A stretch of DNA of 64,000 bases from Octopus vulgaris (taxonomy: Eukaryota), in NCBI GenBank assembly GCA_951406725.2, contig OX597814.1:150226001-150290000 (forward strand). Direction: 5' to 3'. The notes below the pieces were generated by a model. That model did no database searches, had not been told where the DNA came from, and saw only the letters and a list, made by a program, of their open reading frames with translations. Of the stretch, positions 27,378-39,583 are shown piece after piece (position 1 is the first letter of the stretch; every line of letters starts with the position of its first letter). The position numbers and the translations under genes are program-made.

Positions 27378-27768
27378 CTTTACTCTTTTACTCTTTTACT
27401 TGTTTCAGTCATTTGACTGTGGCCACGCTGGAGCACCGCCTTTAGTCGAGCAAATCGACCTCAGGACTTATTCTTTGTAAAGCTAGTACATATTCTATCA
27501 GTCTCTTTTGGCGAACTGCTAAGTTACGGGGACGTAAACACAGGCACACAAACACAGGCACACAAACATATACACACACATACATATGTATATATACATA
27601 TATACGACGGGCTTCTTTCAGTTTCCATCTACCAAATTCACTCACAAGGCTTTGGTCGGCCCGAAGTTATAGTAGAAGACACTTGCCCAAGATGCCACGC
27701 AGTGAGACTGAACCCGGAACCATGTGGTTCGTAAGCAAGCTACTTACTACACAGCCACTCCTACGCCT
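27378..27768 (-). mobile_element. SINE family A, full-length
   Basis: Complete head to (agtaaaag)n tail. Similar copies at 31557-31988 and 41470-42088. Confidence 0.9.
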
Positions 27769-27902
27769 ATTTTTCATTTCCATATCCTTATATAAACCAT
27801 CTTAACTAACTCACTTACCAAAAAATTTGTTAATTCGTCTCCAGCATTTGCAAGAATTTGGGATTTGTTCATTATTTACAGCACTATGTGAAGATTTTAT
27901 AT

Positions 27903-27953
<51 letters not shown>

Positions 27954-28128
27954 AATATAAGACACTGGGGCAGTCGTGACTGCGTGGTAAGAAGCATGTT
28001 TCTCAACCACATGATTCCGGATTCAGTCCCACCGCGTGGCACCTGGGGAAAGTGTCTTCTACTATAGCTTAGAACCGACCAAAGCCTTGTGAGTAGATTT
28101 GGTAGATGGAAACTGAAAGAAGCTCATC

Positions 28129-28171
<43 letters not shown>

Positions 28172-28174
<3 letters not shown>

Positions 28175-29114
28175 CCGGCCAGAATGCTAGAAAAAGATCA
28201 TCAACGATCAAACTACAAGGGAAATTCTCTAGAGGAAGAATTCAGCGAACACCAGAACCAACTTTGGCGGGCAGGACATATGAAAAATTAAATAAATAAC
28301 AGACTTAAATGCATACCTCGGTTTCGGTCTTAACAAAAGAATTACTTGCATAATTCAAGTGTCCGTGACTTCATCAGTACATTCGGTCCTCGAGATGCAA
28401 ACCGCAAGACTAACCCCAGCTCTCTGTGTCAAGACAGACACGTGCTTAGTCTTACTGATTACATCGGGAATAAAATTTCAAATGTCTTGGTTCTGGCGCA
28501 CTGAGAGACTCCTGAAGCGAAGGGCTGCAGTGAATAATTCACTGCGGGTAGTGCTTAATTTTTTAAATATTTAAATAAATACGTTCCCTAGTTGTAAGCA
28601 CTACCCGCAGTGAATTATTCACTGCAGCCCTTCGCCTCAGGAGTCTCTCAGCGCGCCAGAACCAAGTCATTTGAAATTTTATTCCCGATGTAATCAGTAA
28701 GACTAAGCACGTGTCTGTCTTGACACAGAGAGCTGGGGTTAGTCTTGTGGTTTGCATCTCGAGGACCGAATGTACTGATGAAGTCACGGACACTTGAATT
28801 ATGCAAGTAATTCTTTTGTTAAGACCGAAACCGAGGTATGCATTTAAGTCTGTTATTTATTTAATTTTTCATATGTCCTGCCCGCCAAAGTTGGTTCTGG
28901 TGTTCGCTGAATTCTTCCTCTAGAGAATTTCCCTTGTAGTTTGATCGTTGATGATCTTTTTCTAGCATTCTGGCCGGCTACCTAGCAGGCCAGCCCTGCC
29001 AATATACACATATATTTGAATTTTCTCTGACTCCTCAGATTTTTTGAATGCTGGACTACTGGTTTTAAATTGATATTAAAATTAATATTAATTTATCTCC
29101 CTCAATTTTTTAAA

Positions 29115-29120
<6 letters not shown>
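28172..29120 (+). mobile_element. Non-coding PLE/retrozyme-like insertion with 386-bp inverted duplication
   Basis: Arms 28172-28557 and 28595-28980 are about 99% identical (four differences visible in the twin ORFs), with a 37-bp spacer. Unique tail runs to about 29120. (TA)n on both sides. Confidence 0.85.
28769..28844 (+). ncRNA. Type I hammerhead ribozyme motif with extended stem II loop
   Basis: Stem I aatgta/tgcatt; CUGAUGA; (a)gtc...gac(c); GAAA-CCGAGG-UA. Mirror copy at 28308-28383 on the minus strand. Confidence 0.7.
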
Positions 29121-29178
<58 letters not shown>

Positions 29179-29479
29179 TATATGGGGAAGGCGTGTCTTT
29201 TTACCTGTGCTTGTCCCCAATCACCGCTCGTCAACCGATGCTGGCGTGTTTACGTCCCTGTAACTTAGCGGTTCGGTAAAAGATCAGATAGAATAAGTAC
29301 TAAGCTTTAAAAAAATAAGTCCTGGGGTCGATTTCTTCGACTAAAACCCTTCAAGGCTGTGCTCTAGTACGACCGCAGCTAAATGAGTCAAACAAGTAAA
29401 AGAATAAAAGAATATATATATAGTCCACAGATAAGACCTAAAGATTCTTCGTATAGAAGACACTTAATGTTCAAAAGAT

Positions 29480-29845
29480 ACAAACTAAGAACCCAATGTC
29501 CTTACGGGGGATCATTCCACAAGGTAGAGAAAGGCTATAAGGAGGTTTTCTGTCTGCGTAAGAATGTAGTCTATAAGTGCCGTGTTATAATACTATGCTC
29601 CCACCAAGCAAGAGTCTATATTGGCGGTGCTGTTAATTTCAAGCACTGCTACCGTGCACACATAAACTCTTTCTCCAATCCAAACTCTAAATTATCTACT
29701 TCCTTAGTAACTTATATGCATAACCTTAAATCTCAAAATGTTCCCTTTATCATAACCTGGTCCATCGTAAGTGAGGCTCTCTCCGTACAACGCAAACATC
29801 GCTATGTGTAAATTATGTTTAAGAGAATCGCTAATCATCCTTCAC
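29480..29845 (+). pseudogene. Decayed PLE GIY-YIG endonuclease (Naiad-like, tentative)
   Basis: CPYGG...CLRKNVVYKCRV...VYIG...FKHCYRAHINSF...STSLVTYMHNLK...ITWSIV, then frameshifted YNANIAMCKLCLRESLII. Confidence 0.8.
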
Positions 29846-30825
29846 CACCACAACCTCTCATTACATATTTCACACACACACACACACTCAGACATATGTT
29901 GTTCAGTAGTATATTCCTGCATATGGCATAAAACGAGTCATAAAGTTACCGATATTTTACTTCCGGTTATATAAGGAATATATTGCCTGAGAATATAAAA
30001 GTATAATCGTTCAATTTCTCGTTTAGCTCGTGCTATTTTATAACTTGTGGACTTCTAACTTATAGCACAAATAAAGGAAAGAAACTTATTTAAGGACTTC
30101 TTTTATCATTTCCCTTGAGCTGGCGTTGTTTTTGTTTTTGTATATGTTTTTGTATATAAAAATTAATTTCATTATACGAGAACATTTACTCATGCACATA
30201 CATAAATTTGCAAATATATACTAATGTATATATGTGACAGAGGCCCGCATTTTGTGGTTGTAGGTACATTTTAACATCTATGAGACTTCCACAGGTTTTG
30301 GACATACTGTAAGTTCATAAAATACATTTTACAAATAGTGTGATGGTTTATATATTTTTATGTATACGTTATACATATCTGCACAGGTTAGAATTCCAGC
30401 TTGAGTTCCTGGGGTTAAATATATATTATGCATATTATGCGTATAATCAATATTAGCATTATATCGTAAAATTATTCTGGTTGGATATTTAGTAAGATGG
30501 ACGAGGTGACGTGCGTGAAACTTCGCATTTTAAATTGTTTTTGTCCATGCATGGGGAGAAGAGTTCTTCCCTAGTGTTCAAAGTCTTCAATATTCTAGTC
30601 GTGACGTTTAATTTCACTCTAATACAGATGTTTCTTTACCCAAGTGTTGGGAAGACACTCGGCATGAAATGGAAACAAAATTGAAAGAACACGATAATAA
30701 TAATAATAATAATAATAATGATAATAATAATAATAATAATAATGATAATAATTCACTGCGATATATACTTTTTTAACATTACAAGATTTCTTTCTTTGTC
30801 TTCTCTTTCTCTTCCTCTATATAAA

Positions 30826-30868
<43 letters not shown>

Positions 30869-31778
30869 ACCATACATTTCATTAAGCTTCTTTCTACCGA
30901 CACATCAATAAAAACATTTCTCCAGATTTTAACTTTAACCCGCATCAGCCTAATTATATCGATTCTAGTATCTTTTCATATTCGTTATGTATTTTTGAAT
31001 AAACAGAAAACTGAAGAAGAAGAAAGTGGTTTTAATTTACTTACGTCAATGGTACCAAATATATAAGCTTGTTTATATAATTGACCTCATAAGGAAGGAA
31101 AACAATGTCTACTCCAGCAGTAGAATTCTGAAAGTAAAAGACTGCGATTAGATAACAACACAAAGTTTTCTCCCCAGTCTACCGTTTCTATCATCCTCAA
31201 CTTCATTATCTTCTATAATAAAGTAAGTAGAACAGCATCAATGAACGAGCTCGTCAATGTAATTAGTGTATAAAAGCTGCTTTTATGGGTGCATAAAACC
31301 TAAAATATTGGTTGCTACTTTTAGATTTTAAGAATTTATAGAAGGAAATTTTGACTACTAATTGATTGGATAACCTCAGTCAATAGAAGTTTTTAACTCA
31401 CTAAATCATAACTCTCTATATCTTATCGTATTAGCTGTCAGTGTCCAGCAAGTTTCACCTTATTTTCCCTCCAGCAAGTTTCACCTTATTATCCCTGTTG
31501 ATATTTACAGAAAGCATCACTAATCGCCCTCTATTCCTATATATGCTGATCATACCCTTTTTACTCTTTTACTTGTTTCAGTCATTTGACTGCGGCCATG
31601 TTGGAGCACCGCCCTTAGTCGAGCAAATCGACCCCAGGACTTATTCTTTGTAAGCCTAGTACTTATTCTATCGGTCTCTTTTGCCGAACCGCTAAGTTAC
31701 GGGGACGTATGCACACCAACATAGGTTGTTAAGCGATGTTGGGGGGACAAACACAGACATACAAACATATACACACAT

Positions 31779-31838
<60 letters not shown>

Positions 31839-32503
31839 GACAGGCTTCTTTCAGTTTCCGTCTATCAAATCCACTCACAAGGAAGCTATAGTAGAAGACA
31901 CTTGCCCAAGGTGCCACGCAGTGGGACTGAACCCAGAACAATGAGGTTCGTAAGCAAGCTACTTACCACACAGCCACTCCTACGCCTATCTTAACAAGTA
32001 AAAATATTATACTCTTTGAGACGAACTGAAAAGACTGAAACATGATCTTTCTTTTCACCAATAAGTTTGTTTTGAAAACAGGTGTATTTCATTTTCATTT
32101 TACAAAAGATTCGATTGACTAATGTTATCTGAGTTGTCTCCTTTTGTTGTTGTTTTTAGATATTAAGCATGCCTTTCTGGAGGCTTTTCCCAATTAACTG
32201 CATTATTAATTTTGTTTAAATGAAGTATTTCTCAAGTCGCTTTATTAAATATTCATCACCCTACGACCGAATGCGTAAAAATTATGAAGATTATGGTGCA
32301 ACTGATAAACATTTTGTAGGAGTTTTTTAATCGTATTTTCAAGTCACTGTTCTGTAGCTTGGGCTTGTGTAACGCTTTGAAAGCGTTAGACGATTAAATG
32401 CCCCCCACCTCACTACCATCCTAGTAGTTATTTTCAGTCTGGTACTTATTCTAACGGCTCTTTTTGCAGGATCGCTTAATTCCGGGGATGTAAACAAAAC
32501 AAA

Positions 32504-32699
32504 ACATTATTTACATTATTTACATTCGACGGATATTTATCCTCATCTTCTTTGTTGTTAACACAACGTTTCAGCTGATATACCCACCAGCCTTCTTCAG
32601 GTGTTGTGTTAACAACAAACAAGATGAGGCCAAATATCCGTCGAACATAAATAACGTAAATAATGTACATAATTCCTCATCTCTTAAATATAGAACTGT
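32504..32699. mobile_element. Miniature PLE insertion: 64-bp inverted arms around an HHR, with 12-bp TSD, inside a decayed SINE A
   Basis: Arms 32504-32567 and 32603-32666. TSD aaaac(a/g)aaacat at 32496-32507 and 32700-32711. Confidence 0.75.
32560..32605 (-). ncRNA. Minimal hammerhead ribozyme motif (canonical CUGAAGA core)
   Basis: aacac-ctgaaga-a-ggctggt-gggtat-atcagct-gaaa-cg-tt-gtgtt. Confidence 0.75.
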
Positions 32700-32761
32700 A
32701 AAACGAAACATGTAGTCAAGTGGTGTGAGACAAACACAAACATGTACACGCATACACTTAT

Positions 32762-32838
<77 letters not shown>

Positions 32839-33218
32839 TGCACACACACATCCACGACTGAGTCCCCCATAGTTTTCTGTCTACTGAAAACTATGCTCAC
32901 TTAGCTTTTGCCTGCTCAGGCCTGCTACGCAGTGAAACTGAACCCCAAACCACATATATATACGAAACGAACTTCTTAATCACATAACGATATCTACGCC
33001 TAACATTATAGAATCTAACCTGGTTATTGCAAACCAAATTTATGGGCTTCTGACAATACACTGACTGATCTCGATTTCTCATTATAGCAATATTATTTTC
33101 CATAACCGTGTCTCATATATGGTCTATAAATATCGAATATTTCAATGGTGTAATGGGAATTCACCATTTAAAAGGAACTAATATGAAAAGAAAATCATAA
33201 CTACTATCATCAGCATCA

Positions 33219-33219
<1 letters not shown>

Positions 33220-33264
<45 letters not shown>

Positions 33265-33339
33265 TATTATTATTATTAGTATTATTACTATTATTATTAT
33301 TATTATTATTAATATTATTATTAATATTATTATTATTAA

Positions 33340-33392
<53 letters not shown>

Positions 33393-33411
33393 TATATTAC
33401 TATTACTATTA

Positions 33412-33471
<60 letters not shown>

Positions 33472-33476
33472 CATCA

Positions 33477-33541
<65 letters not shown>
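33220..33541. repeat. (ATT)n microsatellite of about 320 bp at the 3' end of an R4/Dong-like LINE
   Basis: Directly visible. Confidence 0.95.
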
Positions 33542-34800
33542 TCACATACGCACAGCAAATTAGACTGTTAGAAAAGAAAATTTGCTAACATCGGGAAACA
33601 ACAAGTAACTTTAGATGCCACAAATTCTCCTAAGTATCCTAGCTTTCCCTAATAACACTGTTTTCCTAATGCCCCTATAAATACAGGAATATATTTTAAC
33701 CGCACTTTCCATAGTCTCTGTAACTCAATGACTAGGTCCTGATATTTTCTCTGTACCTGTCATATCAATTTTCTCATCATTTGGGACTGGAAAGTCAATT
33801 ATCTGGCACTTTCTATTCTCTTTGCCTACAACTACTAAATCAAGCCTTCTAGCTTCTATTACTCAGTCTATCTGAATGTTAAAATCCCACAACATCATAT
33901 ATTTCTTACTTTCTAGTACTTTACTAGGTTTATATTCATACCATTTATCTGTAAGGTCAAATCCCAGCTTTCTACATAACTCCCAGTGGATTTTCCCCCC
34001 TAGGTTGTCATGCTTTCTTCTGTATCATCTCTGTGCCAACATGCTACATTCACTTACTAAATTAGTAACACCCTTCTTTTGATTTACAGAGCCTACATGG
34101 GGAATCAACCTGGTTTTTATTTATCTTAGCTTTTATCCAGTTAGACATCCATGCTTGATCTTGTGCTGCTACTAACAAACTTTCTGTCTTCCTTTCCAGC
34201 CATCCTTTCTGCAACCATAACCATGTCTCACTACTACTATGTCCTGCAATTATCTTTGGGAATCTAATATACAAAGCCTTCTCTTGCCTATCAGATAACC
34301 TCTCTTCTTTTTTCTGGATTTCAACTTCGTTTGACTTATTGGTTTACCTATGCCCTACTGTTACTCTAGCAGCTCTTAATAAATTTTCTTCACTATTACC
34401 TACAAAGAAGGCTATATCTGCTCTAGTTAACTCCACGCAGCAGTCGACTGATATGAACCCTCTTCCACCTTCCTTCCTTAGTAAGTATAATCATGCTACT
34501 CATCCTCTTGGGTGAAGTCCTCCATTCATATTGAATTCCTTCCTAGTTCTTCTGTCTAGCTTTGCTAATTCAGAATTTGTCCAATCTACAAAAGCTTCTG
34601 AGTATCTAAGTAATGACACTGCCCAAATATTTGTAGCCTTCACTAGATTCGGAACATTTAGCTTTGACTTCATTAGCTTCTTCCCACTTCTGATATACTC
34701 CTCCTCAATTTTCGTCTTCATTTCTATAGTTAGTACTCTGTCAAATTCTAATACGCCTAAATACTTATAACTTCCTCCTTCTTTAAGTTATTTAAATGTC
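33542..34800 (-). mobile_element. 5'-truncated, decayed R4/Dong-like LINE
   Basis: YKYLGVLE, NIWAVSLLRYS...LDRRTRK..GGLHP, WLQKGWLERKTESLLVAAQDQA...PCRLC and EARRLDLVV..CQIIDFPVP. Confidence 0.9.
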
Positions 34801-34821
34801 TGGTGGTGGTGGTAGTAGTAA

Positions 34822-34862
<41 letters not shown>

Positions 34863-35314
34863 AAAGGCGGTAATCTGGCAGACTCGTTAATGCGTCGTAC
34901 AAAATGCATTGCGGTATTTCTTCCGGTTGTTTACGTTCTGAGTTCAATTTCCCTTGAGGTCGACTTTCATCCTTTTGGAGTCGTTAAAGTAAGTACCAGT
35001 TAAACATTGGAATCAATGTAATCAACTTTCCCCAACCTCAAAATTTCAGGCCTCTTGCTTATAGTAGAAAGAGTAAAAGGAGGCTAACAGGCATATTCTC
35101 TTGCACGTCGGAATAAAATTGCATTTTTTCCTTTACGTTCAGGTCTTGTGCCTATAATAGAAAAAATATTGCTTTTATTAAAAAGAGAAATTCTAATAAG
35201 TATTATATGGAAATGTGGTATGTGACAAAGTCAATTCATGTTGACAGTACAAAAAGACGCAGAATAAACTTACATGCTGGCAGGCCAAATCAATGGTATT
35301 TAGCTGGAATCAGG

Positions 35315-35530
35315 ACAAATTTACTTACTTAGGTTGAATAATCAACGAAAAAGGAACATGTGAAACTGAAATACAGAGGCAAGTTACACAATCAATAATG
35401 ATGAATAACATCTGGAGGAACAGCTCTGCAACGAGTGACACATTGACTAAAAAAAGAATGGAGATGAAACTGGAAGCATTTGAAATGAAGTATTTCTGCA
35501 ACGTTTTGAACAATACATTGAAGGGCTGGA
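35315..35530 (+). mobile_element. RTE-clade LINE fragment
   Basis: FTYLG*IINEKGTCETEIQR...NIWRN...TLTKKRMEMKLEAFEMKY resembles the RTE RT thumb/C-terminal region. Confidence 0.65.
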
Positions 35531-37296
35531 GCAGTAGTAGTTTTGTTAAACGTCAAAAAATTGTCCTGCAGCATTTATTCCATTTCTTTACTTCTGAATT
35601 CAAATCCCGATATGGTCGTTTTACTTTCATTTTCTCGGCGTCGAGAAAATAAAGTACCAGTCAAGTTACTGTGTGTTAAAGCTATCAGCAATATCTCTCC
35701 TTAAAATTGTTTGTTATTGATTTTAAATCAGGAACTACAGTTAACATGTTCTTGTTGAGAAGAACAGGAAACTCATTGAAACCGTAGAATGATTAGGTAA
35801 CTTGCAAATACAATCATATCTGGAAAACTAGAAAGTAAAACTAGAAGCTGCCAACCGAAAAGAAACTCATTCCGATTCCTAATCGAAACCACAACACCTT
35901 ATTTGCAGTATAAATATAATCCCGGAAGATGGTGAAATTCTCATGTTGCATTTCGACTCCTTTTATCTTAGAGGTTTTGTTCCAATAAAAAGTAAAGGCA
36001 ATGTATTTGGATGTATAAGATATATTTCTCTAATATTCCATGTGCTTTATTATCAGTCAATTTTCATCATAAGGCAGCTGTTGTTATTGCTGAAAGTTTG
36101 AGTGCCTACGGTTAAATACCGACAAGATAAAAAATGCCCACTGCTTAATTGTTGACATTATAAACGCCAGCAGGTGCTTTAGCAGAAAAATTTTTCCAAA
36201 ACCTAACTGCATACTTTTCTAAAATCGTTTTTAAACTAAAGCAGTTTATTAAACTGAAAGTTGACATGACTAAAAAAGAAAACTGAAATAATTGAAATAG
36301 TTAAAAATACATTATGCAATATACTAAAAGAACAATGGTGCCAGTAATAACTTCAAGAATTATAGCAATTCATTCAAACAAAACGATAAATTGTGAGACG
36401 TTGACCTGAAGGAAAATAGGAAGCGAGTCGGAGTGTAAGTTGCGAAGACTTTTTTAATATTGTCCTTAACCATTACTTATAAATATATTTGGCCACAAAA
36501 TGACGGCAATATGACTGTCGGCATTTATTCTGAGTAGCACAACTTTAGTGTAATTTCTTTGTTTATATAAAAAAATTATTAATTTGGTTAGTATTTGGCA
36601 CGCGCACAAAATGCCGGAAGTCAAAATGCATATAAAACAAAACAAGCTAGATTAAGTTGCACACAAACGCTCACACAGGTACGCATACATATACCTAAAT
36701 ATATACACACATATACAAAAATACATGCACACACACATATTCAAATACACATATGCACACACACACATATGCAAATATTTGTATGGGTGAAAGCAATCTT
36801 TTCAAGATTTCTTTTTGTGTACAAAGTGTTTATTGAATTACAATGCATCATTTAAACGCTGACATATGCTGTTCGCTAAAGACTTTTTTCATGCTGCTAC
36901 TACAAGCTATTTCGAGATATTTCTTTCACACATTCCCATAGAGTGTTTCATTTGCAGAAATAATTAATAATCATTTGTCTTATTTAACAAGAAAATATAT
37001 AATTAGCTACAACATAAATTATTTAATTAACTCCTCGTTTTTATTGCGTTTCTTTTAATTTTATGATAAACTTGGGACAAAATCTCTCTCCAAGAATTCT
37101 TTTGGTACATTAAAAGTCTATTAATATTAATAAAAGTTAATTCGCGTTAAGTTATGTGTTAGCATTCTTTAAAATCCCAACATCATACATATATGCCTTC
37201 ATTCTTTCACCCAGTGTTGCATCCAAAACAAACTTTCATAGATTTTATATCACATTTATTCACAACACATCACTTTCCCAATATGTATATAATATA

Positions 37297-37878
37297 AGGT
37301 GGCGAGCTAGCAGAATCGTTAGCGCGCCGGGCGAAATGCGTAGCCGTATTTCGTCAGCCGTTACGTTCTGAGTTCAAATTTCGCCGAGGTCGACTTTCCC
37401 GTTCATCCTTTCGGGGGTCGATTAAATAAGTACCAATTACGCACTGGGGTCGATATAATCGACTTAATCCGTTTGTCTGTCTTTGTTTGTCCTCTCTGTG
37501 TTTAGCCCCTTGTGGGTAGTAAAGAAATAGGTATTTCGTCTGCCGCTACGTTCTGAGTTCAAATTCCGCCGAGGTCGACTTTGCCTTTCACCCTTTCGAT
37601 ATAATCAACTCAATCTGTTTGTTTGTCCTTGTTTGTCCCCTCTGTGTATAGCCCCTTGTGGGTAAGAAAGAAATAAGAAACGTTTGCACGCTGAGCGAAA
37701 TGCTTAGCGGTGTTTCGTCTGTCTTTACGTTCTGAGTTCAAATTCCGCAGAGGTCGACTTTGCCTTTCATCCTTACGTGGTCGATAAATTAAGTACCAGT
37801 TGCGTATTGAGGTCGATGTAATCGACTGTCCCTCTCCCTACAAAATTTCGGACCTTGAGCCTAGAGTAGAAAAGAATA
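37297..37878 (+). mobile_element. Tandem/nested array of three SINE-B units
   Basis: Unit 1 has a full head and tail A. Unit 2 starts at ggtatttcgtc (37530) with tail A. Unit 3 starts at agaaacgtt (about 37677) with tail B. Confidence 0.9.
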
Positions 37879-37902
37879 TGTATAACAGAATATATTATAA
37901 TA

Positions 37903-38182
37903 CTAGCATTAAAGACCCGGCGTTGCCGGGTCATAGTGCTAGTGCATGTATATATGTGTATATATATGTGTACATATTACATGTACATCTATATATATAT
38001 ACATCTACACATAAAATACAAAATACAAAGTTATATCTTGATATTTTTTGCCCATGAAACTACATGGACCCTAAGTAAGGCATGTGTAAAATTTGAATGA
38101 AATCGGTTGTGAAGTTCTCAAGTTTTAGGGAAACACACAGACAGACATACAGACACACATTCTCAGTTTTATATATATAAAG
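37903..38182 (-). mobile_element. Non-autonomous Helitron
   Basis: Minus strand has 5' a|TC, a 3' hairpin gacccggc-aac-gccgggtc 7 nt before CTAG|t, an A|T insertion site and no TSD. Confidence 0.85.
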
Positions 38183-38507
38183 ATAATACAATATGATATA
38201 ATATAATGGTTTCAAATTTTGCCACAAGGATAGCAATTTTTGAGGAGGGGGATGAGTCGATTACATCGACTCCAGTGTTCAACTGATACTTATTTTATCG
38301 GTACCGAAAAGATGATAGGCAAAGTTGACCCCGGCAGAATTAGAACTCAGAACGTAGCAACGGGCGATAAACTGCTAAGCATTTCGTTCAGCGCGCTAAC
38401 GATTCTACCAGCTCTTCGCCTTATATAATATAATACAATTTGATATAATTTAAAATTATATAACATGTGTGTATATGTAAGTATATGTGCTGTGTATGTA
38501 TAGATAT

Positions 38508-38586
<79 letters not shown>

Positions 38587-39240
38587 TATATGTACGCTAA
38601 TATTGAACAGTGAGAATGGGTGCTCTACACAGCATTGGTGGATAAATTTTCTTTCTTTGTGGGTTAATAGCCAATGTTTTCATGTGAAAAGATCTTCACA
38701 ATTGTTCAAGCATACCACATGGAAGTGTTACTAGTCGTCTTCACATGAAACCTTTAGTTGCCTTGTTAACCCACAAATAATGAATGAGTATTTGTATGAA
38801 TATATTACGCACACATACACACACATATAAGCACACACATATACAGAGGTTAAGGATCGGGACAAAGGTCTACGAAATGTATGAAGTCGAGTAGGCCTTC
38901 ATTATGAGAGAAATCAATGTATAGGAATTTGATGTCGAGTGTGAACGTTAGTGTCGAGAAGATCCTGGAGGAAAAGAGGGAGAATTAAAGAGACCAAGAG
39001 CGTGATTGGTGTCATGAATGTAAGAGGAGAGGAAAACCACTAGGAGTGCGAGGACAAGGTCGAGATATTGGGAAATTTATTCAGAGACAAAGCGGTGGCC
39101 TGGTTGTTGGGCTTACGAATCTTAATAATGAGGAGTGAAATCGGAGGGTAGAGGATGGTAGAAAAGTTTGTTTTGAAGTTGGAACTTAGTTGCCAACCTT
39201 ATATATATCCTTCTTTTTACTTCTCTCTCTCTCTCAAATA

Positions 39241-39317
<77 letters not shown>

Positions 39318-39320
<3 letters not shown>

Positions 39321-39500
39321 TTACCGCTAGCTACTAAAACTTTTTTATTCCCTCTCTCTCTCTTTATTTTCTCTTGTTCATTTTTGTTGAAGAGTGTAGG
39401 CTCGAAATGTAAAAGACTTTCTCACCTTCCCGAGCGTTAAACTAATACACCTGTTTGTTGTTTACACATCTGCCTTCGTCTTTTGTTTTTTGTAAATTCC

Positions 39501-39505
<5 letters not shown>
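39318..39505 (+). mobile_element. Solo 3' pLTR of the 43.5-47.2 kb PLE family in (TA)n
   Basis: Homologous to 47040-47234, with (t)tgttga-agagtgtaggctc-gaaatgta at 39379-39416. Confidence 0.8.

Positions 39506-39583
<78 letters not shown>

Larger units (their letters stand above)
27968..29410 (+). mobile_element. SINE family A split by an HHR-bearing insertion in its internal (TA)n
   Basis: Head 27968-28130 and tail about 29190-29410 are separated by the insertion at 28172-29120. Confidence 0.8.

Noticed and set aside
28359-28793. Two nearly identical convergent 71/76-aa ORFs resembling a duplicated small gene
   Set aside because: They are a by-product of the inverted repeat, start at GTG, have no recognisable domain and overlap the antisense of the HHR.
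30490-30535. Possible HHR downstream of the Naiad-like relic (aagatg-gacgag...gaaacttcg-catttt)
   Set aside because: Core and stem II are too incomplete to support a call.
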